From the UHGV virus genome UHGV-0121358: 54,213 nucleotides of DNA; one strand, written 5' to 3'. The notes below the pieces were generated by a model. It was not told the DNA's origin and made no database searches. It saw only the letters and a list, made by a program, of their open reading frames with translations. The position numbers and the translations under genes are program-made. Source of the DNA: a virus. Positions 44,459 through 53,813 of the stretch are shown here, piece after piece (position 1 is the first letter of the stretch; each line of letters starts with the position of its first letter).

Positions 44459-44560
44459 ATGGACGGTAAACACGTTTTCGCCCTGGCCTTTGCCATCGCT
44501 GCTGCAATCGCTGTTAACGTCGCTTTGTTCGGCGGTTTGTTCCTTCTTATCAATCCATAA
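44459..44560 (+). CDS. possible 33-aa hydrophobic mini-protein (MDGKHVFALAFAIAAAIAVNVALFGGLFLLINP)
   Basis: Own translation; GAGAGGA SD 8 nt upstream. Confidence 0.3.
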   Translation: MDGKHVFALAFAIAAAIAVNVALFGGLFLLINP

Positions 44561-44713
44561 CCTTCATACCAGCCTGTAAATCAAAAATTAGCCACCTGAG
44601 AGCGCCTCTGACGCAATAAGACACTGCAACCTGTGCAAACGGGTTACGCGGTGGGATTTTTGCGTTGTAGCACGTCTGAGGCGTTATATATAAAATTAAG
44701 AAAAGAGGTACAT

Positions 44714-45769
44714 ATGATTGCCACTTATCATGTGAAACTAAATTGTAAGGACACGCAATTACTATCTGTTAATAATCTTGTTTCTGAACTTGAAATCGAT
44801 AGGCTTAAATCATTTGTTAAATACTCTGATCTTTACGGATTTGAGGAATACAAGGATTTTATTATTGATGGTGATGATGTGTATATCACACCTATAACGT
44901 TTATTAGATTCGTTACACCTGGTAAATATAGACATTATGAATATAATGAAAATTGGGTTAAGCCAGTTATTGAATCTTGTGGATTAGTTGATTTACAAGA
45001 TGTGTTTAATAAATATTCAAATAATACCAGAAAAGATAGTCCTTATGCTTATAATTATGTTTTATGGTGTAACAACTATGTTGAAACTAGTGATACTCCC
45101 GGGCGATGCTCTGTGTATGTGTCAAAGGAAGATGCTGAAAAGTATAAAAAATGGTTGTTCGTTACTCGCGGAGTATCAATAGAAAAACTATGGGTAAGGT
45201 TGTTTCATTCAAGCGATATTGCAGATCCAGATACGTTTTTAAATGAACATCTTAATAATGATGAGTTTACCATTGATTTAAATATTGAATATTTTACAGT
45301 TAAAACAAATTATGGATATGAAAGATATATTAGCGATAAGATAGCGGAAAAGTATCATACATGGGGTCAAAATAAAGGTCTTAGTAATAATTTTGAATGC
45401 GGTAATTATAACGACATAGAAAACTTTATTGAATTAAAAAGCGACAAGAATGTAATTGAGGAAATAAAAAGGGAATGTGACGAGAAATTATCAGAAATGA
45501 GTTATAATTGTAAAAATATGATTAGGAAGCGTTATGAACATGCTGGATTAACTATGTACGAAAAACTAAAAGGAGTTAAATTAATAAGGCAATATCCTGT
45601 TAATGTTGCTGGCAACAAGTATTTTATTGATGGCTACGATCTTGTGAATAATATTGCTGTAGAAATTGATGAATCACATCACAAACGGCAAGCAAAAAGC
45701 GATGCGATAAGACAAAAACGCATTGAGGATTATTTGGGGTGCAAGTTTTTTCGTTGTGCTATATCCTGA
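44714..45769 (+). CDS. AT-rich moron protein with C-terminal Vsr/DUF559-like PD-(D/E)xK endonuclease motif
   Basis: Track ORF 44633..45769 truncated to ATG at 44714 with AAGAGGTA SD; strongly AT-rich codons; C-terminus YFIDGYDLVNNIAVEIDESHH...D..R...I...LG..FFR. Confidence 0.6.
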   Translation: MIATYHVKLNCKDTQLLSVNNLVSELEIDRLKSFVKYSDLYGFEEYKDFIIDGDDVYITPITFIRFVTPGKYRHYEYNENWVKPVIESCGLVDLQDVFNKYSNNTRKDSPYAYNYVLWCNNYVETSDTPGRCSVYVSKEDAEKYKKWLFVTRGVSIEKLWVRLFHSSDIADPDTFLNEHLNNDEFTIDLNIEYFTVKTNYGYERYISDKIAEKYHTWGQNKGLSNNFECGNYNDIENFIELKSDKNVIEEIKRECDEKLSEMSYNCKNMIRKRYEHAGLTMYEKLKGVKLIRQYPVNVAGNKYFIDGYDLVNNIAVEIDESHHKRQAKSDAIRQKRIEDYLGCKFFRCAIS

Positions 45770-45803
45770 TGTATACAAAATGTAAACCTGAGGAATTAAC
45801 ATT

Positions 45804-46922
45804 ATGTCGCAAAGAAAAATCAGCGATGAGCAATTGATCGCTGAATATAACAACGGTTTAACGTACAAGCAGATTGCTGAAAAATATGGCATGTCAAAAC
45901 GCAATGTCGAGCGCCTGGGCGCAAAACTGGCGAAACGTGGTTTATTATCAACACGCCGCGCTCCTGGTTTTGGCGTCAATGGCGAGTCGTTGCTAGTCGA
46001 TAAGAACGGCAATGTTATCATGCGCTGGATTAAAACAGCCCGTGACCGCGAAGAAATGGAACAGCTAATGGAAGCGGCCCGCGACGCTTTCACTGATGAA
46101 ATACCACGCGCGGAGGCTGTGCCAGTGCCTGAAATTGATTTTCAAAAAAGCCTGGCACTTTATCCGGTGTTTGATCTGCATATCGGGGCGCTTGCTCATA
46201 AAGCTGAATGCGGTGAGAGCTACGATACTGGGATCGCTGAGCGCGTGTTGAATGACTTCTTTGACTACGCTGTTGGCGCTGCTCCGATGTCTGAAAAAGC
46301 TGTTTTACTTCTCGGCGGTGATGTGCTTCACACTGACGGCCTGTTACCAGTGACGCCATCAAGTAATCACGTTTTAGATTGTGATTCACGCTACGCAAAA
46401 CTGGTTTATGTGGCGATCCGGTCGGTCCGGCGTGCGGTCGGGAAGATGTTACTAAATCATAAGGATGTCGAGATCCAGGTATTATCCGGTAATCACGACC
46501 AATCAGGTATGATCTGGCTACGTGCTGCGCTTGCGGCTTTTTACGAAGATGAGCCGCGCGTGACTGTTGACGTGTCACCTGCCATTGTCCACCACACACA
46601 GTATGGCAAAACATTCCTTGCTTACCACCACGGGCACACTATCAAAAAGCCGGAAAATTTATTGTCTGCTTGCGTAGCTGACTGGCGGGAGGATTTCGGA
46701 AGGTCTGTGGCTGTTTACGCTCACACTGGACATCTGCACCATCAATCAGTTGTTGAAACATCACTTGGAATAGTTGAGCACCACGGCACATTAGCTGGCA
46801 AAGACGCATATTCAACTAATGGCGGCTGGCGGTCGCGGCGTCTGGCAGCGGTGATTATTTACAGCCCGGATCATGGGGAAATTGGGCGCTTTGTTTATTA
46901 CCCTGAATATTCCATTTTGTAA
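45804..46922 (+). CDS. HTH-containing calcineurin-like metallophosphoesterase
   Basis: Track ORF; GAGGAA SD; N-terminal HTH (LTYKQIAEKYGMSKRNVERLGAKL); phosphoesterase motifs DLH, GGDVLH, GNHD, GH-H. Confidence 0.65.
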   Translation: MSQRKISDEQLIAEYNNGLTYKQIAEKYGMSKRNVERLGAKLAKRGLLSTRRAPGFGVNGESLLVDKNGNVIMRWIKTARDREEMEQLMEAARDAFTDEIPRAEAVPVPEIDFQKSLALYPVFDLHIGALAHKAECGESYDTGIAERVLNDFFDYAVGAAPMSEKAVLLLGGDVLHTDGLLPVTPSSNHVLDCDSRYAKLVYVAIRSVRRAVGKMLLNHKDVEIQVLSGNHDQSGMIWLRAALAAFYEDEPRVTVDVSPAIVHHTQYGKTFLAYHHGHTIKKPENLLSACVADWREDFGRSVAVYAHTGHLHHQSVVETSLGIVEHHGTLAGKDAYSTNGGWRSRRLAAVIIYSPDHGEIGRFVYYPEYSIL

Positions 46923-46940
46923 ACCGGAGGCAATAACATA

Positions 46941-48362
46941 ATGGTAACTGAGCAAATAAACTCACTACGGCAGGAACGTGAAGCGTCAGTTATCGGCGGG
47001 CTACTGTTAGGTGGCCTTACTCCTAACGCGCAAGATGTTCTCGCCACACTTGATCCTGAAGTGTTCACGATCCCGCTTTATAAACGTGCGTTTGAAGTTA
47101 TCCGGGCGCAAGCCAGAAACAGAAATCTTATCGACGCGTTATTGGTTGGCGATGAGATTGGCAATGAAAACTTTGTACCGCTAATGCAAACGGCACGATC
47201 GTGCCCTTCTGCTGCCAACCTGAAAGGATATGCGCAACTACTACAGGAAGAACACCAGCGTCGGCAAATGCTGGAACTAATGGAAGACATTCGCTACAAG
47301 CTGGAAACAGGGACGCTTGAAGTCGTCAGGGAGACGATGAAAGATTTTGATTCCCGGTATTCAAAATTAAAGGTAACAAAAGATCAAATTATCCCGGTGC
47401 TGTTGCGCGATGCGGTCCAGGAATACACGGAAGTGTTAAGTAAACGCATGGAGTGTGGCGTGAACTCTGACAACATCAAAACAGGGATTGACCCACTCGA
47501 CGAAATGTTAGGCGGCATTAACGCTACTGATCTGGTGCTTATCGCCGGACGCCCAGGGTCTGGTAAATCGGCGTTGGCGTTGGCAATTGCCCGCGCGGCG
47601 GCTGAACGCCCATACCCTGGAGGCGAAGGTCAGCGGGTCGGCGTTTTGCTGTTCACGCTTGAAATGTCGCTCGATCAGATGACTGAACGCGCTATCGCTG
47701 GCGCAGGGAACTTGTCAACGGATTGCTTACGTAATCCGGTAAAACTGGATGACGAAGGATGGGCGCACGTTGCCCAGGGAATGAGCGCACTTGCTGATCT
47801 CGATGTGTGGATTGTTGATGCATCACAGTTAACTGTCGAGGAAATACGCGCCACAACTGAACGAATGAAGCAGGATTATCCCAACCTGGGTATGGTAATG
47901 ATTGACTACATCGGGTTAATGAAGCTGGCTAAGGCAGAACGTCACGATCTCGCTGTAGGGCAATTGTCGTGGTCATTGAAAATGATGGCGAAAGAATTGC
48001 GCGTACCAGTGGCGGCGCTGGCGCAATTATCCCGCCGCGTCGAGGAACGACCGAACAAGCGACCGAACAATTCTGATCTGCGCGATTCCGGCAATCTTGA
48101 ACAGGACGCAGACCGGATCATCATGGTATACCGCGACGGCTACTACAACGAACAATCTGTTGCACGCGAATACATGGAGATTATCGTTTCAAAAAACCGT
48201 CACGGAAAAACCGGGACTGTTTACCAGCGTTTTGACGACAACGGCAACATATTACCGTGTGACCAGGCCCGCGCGGCGTCAGCTTGCATCCAGTCAATGC
48301 AACAACGTCCGGCGGTAAGCCGATTCTCGCCACGAAACAACCAGAATAAAGCATCTTTTTAA
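46941..48362 (+). CDS. replicative DNA helicase (DnaB family)
   Basis: Track ORF; GGAGG SD; Walker A GRPGSGKS, Walker B-like VMIDYIGLM, and C-terminal motifs typical of DnaB-type helicases. Confidence 0.9.
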   Translation: MVTEQINSLRQEREASVIGGLLLGGLTPNAQDVLATLDPEVFTIPLYKRAFEVIRAQARNRNLIDALLVGDEIGNENFVPLMQTARSCPSAANLKGYAQLLQEEHQRRQMLELMEDIRYKLETGTLEVVRETMKDFDSRYSKLKVTKDQIIPVLLRDAVQEYTEVLSKRMECGVNSDNIKTGIDPLDEMLGGINATDLVLIAGRPGSGKSALALAIARAAAERPYPGGEGQRVGVLLFTLEMSLDQMTERAIAGAGNLSTDCLRNPVKLDDEGWAHVAQGMSALADLDVWIVDASQLTVEEIRATTERMKQDYPNLGMVMIDYIGLMKLAKAERHDLAVGQLSWSLKMMAKELRVPVAALAQLSRRVEERPNKRPNNSDLRDSGNLEQDADRIIMVYRDGYYNEQSVAREYMEIIVSKNRHGKTGTVYQRFDDNGNILPCDQARAASACIQSMQQRPAVSRFSPRNNQNKASF

Positions 48363-48441
48363 TTAACTTGAGCAAACGGCTTACCGGAAAGTTTACCGCT
48401 TTCTGGTGGCTGTTTTCGCGCTTAAATTGAGGCTAAAAACA

Positions 48442-48999
48442 ATGAGCATTGAACTTGAAACAAAAATTATCAACATCCTTGAACTGGATGGCATCGACAC
48501 AATGCAGCAGTTACGCCAGAAAACAGGATTATCAGCGGAATATGACGAAGCAGGATGCTTGCCTGAGACAATTAAACACTTAATCGACACTGGCATTGTC
48601 GAGCGTGTATATACATATTTCGGACCACGCCGCCGCTTGCTTGGTTATCGGATTAAATATTTGTATGCACAACGTCGCGATCGTGTGGCGGCGTTATTTA
48701 GTGACTACAGCGTCAAAAAGCGTATGCGTGACATTAGCGCTGAAACAGGTATCCCGTGGAATTATCTTTCGCGCACCCTGCGTTTAATGGTGCTTGATGA
48801 GACACTTTGCATTGATACAAATAAACATGGCCTTAATTTTTATTCACTGTTTAAACCTGGGCGCTTCGGTCACGCTAATGATCTTGCATTTGATTTTGAC
48901 AGCCGCCTGAATGAATACCGGAAAAATAACGGCCTGCTGCCGGATAAACCAGTATTTGAGATCGAAAAACTTAATGGTGAAACTGGATTGGAATTATGA
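48442..48999 (+). CDS. hypothetical protein
   Basis: Track ORF 48406..48999 begins at GTG; in-frame ATG at 48442 with GAGG SD. Confidence 0.5.
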   Translation: MSIELETKIINILELDGIDTMQQLRQKTGLSAEYDEAGCLPETIKHLIDTGIVERVYTYFGPRRRLLGYRIKYLYAQRRDRVAALFSDYSVKKRMRDISAETGIPWNYLSRTLRLMVLDETLCIDTNKHGLNFYSLFKPGRFGHANDLAFDFDSRLNEYRKNNGLLPDKPVFEIEKLNGETGLEL

Positions 49000-49202
49000 G
49001 ACGTGTAATCTTTTATTTAGTTGAAACATTCATTGATGAATCACATTTCCGTTTCCCATGCAATTCTTGCGGCGCGATGGTTTATACACCGCCACTAATG
49101 CGGAAATATAAACACGTAAAATTTAACCGGTTTTTTGTACCAATGCGTGATGCACTGCGCGCGCTGCGCGGTGAATTACGAAACACAATGCGTATTGTGT
49201 GA
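48996..49202 (+). CDS. hypothetical small protein
   Basis: Track ORF; start overlaps previous stop (ATGA). Confidence 0.4.
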   Translation: MRRVIFYLVETFIDESHFRFPCNSCGAMVYTPPLMRKYKHVKFNRFFVPMRDALRALRGELRNTMRIV

Positions 49203-49211
49203 GGTGGCGTT

Positions 49212-49409
49212 ATGGATAAGGAATTAGATTTAACAGTTGAAGACCTGAGCACGATTGCGGAATACATGCGCGGCGATGATCCTGATCGTCCTGTCGTCGT
49301 TGATATGAAAAAACTAAAAAACGACCATATGGCTAGTTCAAGGCTCATTTCTTTATGGGCGATCATGTATGCGCGTGCACCGCGTGAAAATAGTAACGGT
49401 GTATCATGA
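49212..49409 (+). CDS. hypothetical small protein
   Basis: Track ORF; GAGGTGG SD. Confidence 0.4.
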   Translation: MDKELDLTVEDLSTIAEYMRGDDPDRPVVVDMKKLKNDHMASSRLISLWAIMYARAPRENSNGVS

Positions 49410-49837
49410 AACAAATTAGATTTGAAATAGTTAATGACGCTGTGAAAGAAAATGCTATCAGGCAGATAATGGAAATACAGCCTGATAGCAAAAGCCCGCT
49501 GATAATTACCATCCAGGAGAAAACCCGCTCGCTGAGTCAAAATGCGTTGCTTTGGGCGCTGTTAACCGACATTAGCGATCAGGTTAATTGGTACGGTAAA
49601 AAGCTATCGCCGGAAGACTGGAAATCGGTATTCACTGCCGGGCTTAAAAAATATGGCGTCGTCCCTAATTTGGATAAATCAGGCTTTGTTGTGCTGGGAA
49701 CGTCAACCAGCCGGATGAGTAAATCAGAATTCAGTGAACTAATAGAACTGATCTACTCGTTCGGCGCGGAACATGATGTTCAATGGTCGGGTGATACGAA
49801 ATTAAATGATGAATTCATAAAACGCTGGGGGCAATAA
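49406..49837 (+). CDS. ninB: NinB (Orf-family recombination mediator)
   Basis: Track ORF; blocks FEI...QNAI, ITIQE.TRSL.QNALLWA, VFTAGLKKYGVVPNL, GFVVLGTSTSRMSKSEFSELIELI match lambda NinB as recalled. Confidence 0.85.
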   Translation: MKQIRFEIVNDAVKENAIRQIMEIQPDSKSPLIITIQEKTRSLSQNALLWALLTDISDQVNWYGKKLSPEDWKSVFTAGLKKYGVVPNLDKSGFVVLGTSTSRMSKSEFSELIELIYSFGAEHDVQWSGDTKLNDEFIKRWGQ

Positions 49838-50013
49838 TGGTTAGTTATTACATGGCTAGATCAACGGGGATTTTGTACAAAATAGATCGCCATACGGTGT
49901 ACTACTTCAATAATCAAGCGAATGAATGGCGGGAATGTTTTTCTAAGTTTAAATCTGAAATAGAAAACAACCATGAATATTACATTAAGGTTGACAATGT
50001 AACCGTGGCGTAA
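49837..50013 (+). CDS. hypothetical small protein (58 aa)
   Basis: Own translation (below track cutoff); ATG overlaps NinB stop by 1 nt. Confidence 0.35.
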   Translation: MVSYYMARSTGILYKIDRHTVYYFNNQANEWRECFSKFKSEIENNHEYYIKVDNVTVA

Positions 50014-50027
50014 TTGAGGATAAATAA

Positions 50028-50684
50028 ATGAGTGAATCTAAAGCAATTGGCGTGATTAGCCATCGCACTAACCCTGAATGCTACCCATCGTTTGAAGTAT
50101 CGACATGCAGGGAAGAATATAATTTTGGATCATGTTATTTGGTTGGTGTTCGCGCTGATCGCGACACTTATTCTGTTATGGCGGCAAGCTGGAAGTTTGA
50201 TAAATATGCCAATTTATCTAATAAAGATGATGATGGCATGAATAAAGAAAGTGAAATCATTGACGAATTAATCGAAGATGAGCGGCATGATTGCGATACG
50301 CCAGAAGTTACGGAATGGATGGCAGGAGAAAAGCCTCCATGCGGAGTATGGCTTGAGCTTCTAGATCCTGTCGATGGTCGGAAATATGTTATTCTGAAAT
50401 ACAAGTATATAAGTGATCGCCTTGCTCTTTTTGTAGAAATGGATGCGCCTGATTTTGAACAAGCCGGGGAATGGAAGCATTTCGCTCATAAGTTGTATGT
50501 AGATCCGAAAGAAAAAACACTGGCTGAAATTGCGTTTGCACTTGCTACTAAGGTTATCGGCGAAGATGCTGCAAAAGAAATTGATTTTAACCGCGACAAC
50601 GAATTTTCGTGCGATTATCGCAATATGGCGCAAGCTATTATAGACGGATGTATAGGACACGTTGAATATACGGGTGGTGAATAA
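50028..50684 (+). CDS. hypothetical protein (218 aa)
   Basis: Track ORF; GAGGA SD. Confidence 0.5.
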   Translation: MSESKAIGVISHRTNPECYPSFEVSTCREEYNFGSCYLVGVRADRDTYSVMAASWKFDKYANLSNKDDDGMNKESEIIDELIEDERHDCDTPEVTEWMAGEKPPCGVWLELLDPVDGRKYVILKYKYISDRLALFVEMDAPDFEQAGEWKHFAHKLYVDPKEKTLAEIAFALATKVIGEDAAKEIDFNRDNEFSCDYRNMAQAIIDGCIGHVEYTGGE

Positions 50685-50902
50685 TGGATAAGATCGGGAC
50701 AATACTTATTAATCGTGAGCAAGTGCAAAAAATGTTAGGCGGGCTTAGTAAGTCCGCCTTTTTTAAGCTCGTTAAAAAATGGAAAGATTCTGGAACTCCT
50801 TTTCCTGAACCTGTTAAGGGGATGCCAGCATTAAAGCGCGGCGGATCTCTTTACCGTTATCAGGACGTTATTTCATTTTGTAAATCAATGGGCTTCATGT
50901 AG
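50684..50902 (+). CDS. AlpA/excisionase-like small DNA-binding protein
   Basis: Track ORF; INREQVQKMLGGLSKSAFFKLVKKWKDSGTPFPEPVK fits the AlpA/Xis HTH pattern; 3' end overlaps the integrase 3' end on the opposite strand. Confidence 0.55.
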   Translation: MDKIGTILINREQVQKMLGGLSKSAFFKLVKKWKDSGTPFPEPVKGMPALKRGGSLYRYQDVISFCKSMGFM

Positions 50903-52059
50903 TAATCAGCCAGTTTATTCATCGCCTCGATTTGTTCCCTCACATAGTCATACTGATCATATATAGCCATCATTCCCGCCAGTTTATGACCTAAAACCTT
51001 TTCGGCTACGTGTGGCGCAATGCCAAGCGCTGAAAGGTTTGTCCTTACAGTGCGGCGCAGATCGTGACATGACCACGACTCGCCGCCCATCCTTAGCATT
51101 AAATCCCTTGCAGCTGTTTTCGGCACGCTCCTGTCTACCGCTTCATTCCTTCCAGAAAGCACGGGAACGAAGATAAAATTAAAGCCGTGCAAATCCATAG
51201 CCTCACGCAATAAATCAACGCTAACTGCGGATAAACCGCGTTTAAACTCGTTTCTGTTCTTACTCAATGCGCCAGGAACGGTCCACACACAATTATCAAG
51301 ATCAAAATGCTCGCGTTTTGCGTTTGTTAGTTCGCTTGTTCTGCATCCGGTGAATATAATCAGCTTCATCAATATCTGATTTAGCCGCGCCATTTTTGAA
51401 CTGTCTATAATGCTGATTAGATGGTGAATTTCTTGTATTGATAAAACTCGCTTCCTTTGCGCCGGGTTTTTCCCTACATCCTTCACGCGTAGCAACGATA
51501 TGTCGTCACGCTCCACGCGGCGGCGGCGCATGGCATATTTTATAACCGCCTTCATCCTGTTTAAGACTATTCCGGCCTGAACGGGTGCGCCACCATTAGC
51601 AACCTTTCTAAAAATCCCCTCCCACATTATGGCGTCCATATCATCGACGATATAGCTACCGCATGGTCTGACAATATGCTTACTTAGCATCGCCTCGACT
51701 TGCTTATAGTTGACCATGTTTCTTGCCTGCGGTGATTCCATGTACTCCCTAACAATATCTTCAATCGTTGCCCGTGTAGTAACGCGGGACAAGTGCATTC
51801 TTTTTACGATCGATGGATCTCGCCCTGAGTTTAATACCTCCTTATGCTCCGCCACCGCCGCGCGGGCTTCTTTGAGTGTTATTTCTCCGTAAGTGCCAAT
51901 CTTCATCCGTCGCGGCTTGCCGTTGAATCGGTAGCGATACTGAAAAGATATAACGCCGCGCGGGCTTATCCTGGCAGACAATCCGCCCGCGTCCGGGACT
52001 TCTTCCGGGCCGTCATATGGCTTGCCGTGGATGTTTCGTAATTTGGTATCTGTAAGCAT
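50860..52059 (-). CDS. int: tyrosine integrase (P4-type)
   Basis: Track ORF 50860..52107; ATG at 52059 gives MLTDTKLRN... typical of P4-like integrase N-termini; C-terminal R...HDLRRT...Y catalytic region. Confidence 0.85.
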   Translation of the reverse strand: MLTDTKLRNIHGKPYDGPEEVPDAGGLSARISPRGVISFQYRYRFNGKPRRMKIGTYGEITLKEARAAVAEHKEVLNSGRDPSIVKRMHLSRVTTRATIEDIVREYMESPQARNMVNYKQVEAMLSKHIVRPCGSYIVDDMDAIMWEGIFRKVANGGAPVQAGIVLNRMKAVIKYAMRRRRVERDDISLLRVKDVGKNPAQRKRVLSIQEIHHLISIIDSSKMARLNQILMKLIIFTGCRTSELTNAKREHFDLDNCVWTVPGALSKNRNEFKRGLSAVSVDLLREAMDLHGFNFIFVPVLSGRNEAVDRSVPKTAARDLMLRMGGESWSCHDLRRTVRTNLSALGIAPHVAEKVLGHKLAGMMAIYDQYDYVREQIEAMNKLADYYMKPIDLQNEITS

Positions 52060-52105
52060 AATTTGGTCACTATTTGGTACACACATTTTATGCATGGATA
52101 GTATC

Positions 52106-52198
52106 ATGATAGAAAACGATATGACACGATAGAATAAATATTTCTTTTAGAATCAATATGAAGCGGTGACGATGTGACACGATATGAAATGATAGAAA
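52106..52198. repeat. direct repeats upstream of integrase (candidate arm-type sites)
   Basis: ATGATAGAAA at 52106-52115 and 52189-52198; TGACACGATA at 52122-52131 and 52175-52184. Confidence 0.4.
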
Positions 52199-53413
52199 TG
52201 GCGTTATCCGCTTATCGGTTAAGCCGGTAAGTTGAGTGATAAACGCCATGTCGACCATCTGGTCATCCATCAGCGAAACAGGGGTAGCCATGAGAATGTT
52301 CCTCCGGATGTTGTTAAACCAGCCGGTGTGGTCATGAAAACAGCGCGCCACCTTCACTGGCATAACAACCGGGGAGAAACGTAAAAAATAATCGGGAATG
52401 TGGCTGTCCGGAGATAAACGGGGGGATTGCGATGGCAGAGCCGTAGCGGAATCCCGGGGGGTTGTTGCGAAAAGATGCTTCCGCACGCACGCGCGATAAA
52501 GGAGGGAGGACTTTCGTGAGACAAGGGGAAAACTAGCGTTCTGATAATTGCAGAGTTGTTTTCGGAGGTGGTTACAGTGAGTCAGCCCGTTCCTGGCGAG
52601 GAGGAGACTGATATCACCGATGGGATAAGGCTGTCTGATTGGTATTATAAATATAAGAAGTCATCAGAGAGTAACGTAAAGGATTTGCCAGAGTAAGCTA
52701 AGAGAGTAAATCTCTCCGGTAACAGAGCGCTGTGAAGCATTCTGTATCAGAGTGCAAATACATGAACGCTGATGCGTAAAATCAGCAGTGACACGCCAGC
52801 TCCCCCTGTGCCCATTCCTGTATAAGACATGAACTGAGCGTATTAATGCTCCTGCCCTGAGACTGAGCCGGTGAGTGAGGGGCTGAGAAATCCCTCTTGA
52901 CACTGCTCTAACCAGAAATACTTCCCCGGTTGTTGCGGTGCGTCCGGATCCCCGATAACGGAACACTAAGGCTGTATTGCGGGACACCGGGTAAGTGGCA
53001 GCCTGTAATGTGTTCTGTCAACGCCAGAAAAAATGATTTTTCACACGCGTTATAGACTCACTCCTGTGGACCTGGAAGCCCGTAACTCTGCGGTTGCCCA
53101 CCGACTGACGGAACTGACCGCAAACTTTACGAGTGCGTGCAGGGCTTCAGTCTGGTCACCTGAGCGTTCGGTAACGGAGGCGCGGGCGGTAATAGACTGA
53201 TTTTCAGGTATTACCGGCTTACGGCGTGTGGTTGATATTGAGGGGCTGTGAGTTTCGCGTATTTGTCAGAAACCCAGACGAGTTTTCCTGTATGGGACGA
53301 AATAAGGCAGCGGCAATACCTGGAAAAATTTAATATGGTATGAAGGAGAACCTGTCGGTTACGCTTAATATACCCGGTACACTGTCAGCTCAGGGGATAC
53401 ATGAACCGTTATC

Positions 53414-53614
53414 TCACCAGCTACACAGTATATACACACTGACGCTGACAGTAGTCAGCAGGACCACAATAATCAGTGCCAGCAGTATGGTAACGATACG
53501 GTCTGTATTCCGGTAATAGCCGAAGGGGTCGACAGAACCACAATACGGGCAACACACTGTATTATGAGTAATCGCGTTTCCACAGTCCCTGCACTTCTTT
53601 TTGCGTATCACCAT
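53414..53614 (-). CDS. small zinc-ribbon membrane protein
   Basis: Track ORF 53414..53617; ATG at 53614 with GAGGAGGG SD; CRDCGN...CPYCG then C-terminal hydrophobic helix. Confidence 0.4.
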   Translation of the reverse strand: MVIRKKKCRDCGNAITHNTVCCPYCGSVDPFGYYRNTDRIVTILLALIIVVLLTTVSVSVYILCSW

Positions 53615-53813
53615 CACTCCCTCCTCACAGCCTTACCCGTAACCGGTTTTTTACATTAAAAAAACAACGCTGAAAATTCAACCGTCAGTCCGGAGACGAC
53701 CGTTCGGGTTATCACAGAGTGCCTGAGACAGTGTCCTGCCGGAGGTCACCTCAGGGGCTCTGCGCATTTTTTACGACGTGGTTATTCCGTATGAACCATA
53801 CGGAGATTTAACC

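Noticed and set aside
52088-52486. Track ORF of 132 aa on the minus strand upstream of the integrase
   Set aside because: It runs through the direct repeats, has no SD and a compositionally odd translation; only a short stretch resembles an AlpA-type HTH, so it is treated as degenerate sequence.
52100-53800. Possible tRNA or tmRNA gene marking the integration site
   Set aside because: No segment with recognisable T-loop (GTTCRANYC) or acceptor features was seen by eye; this needs a proper scan and is left open.
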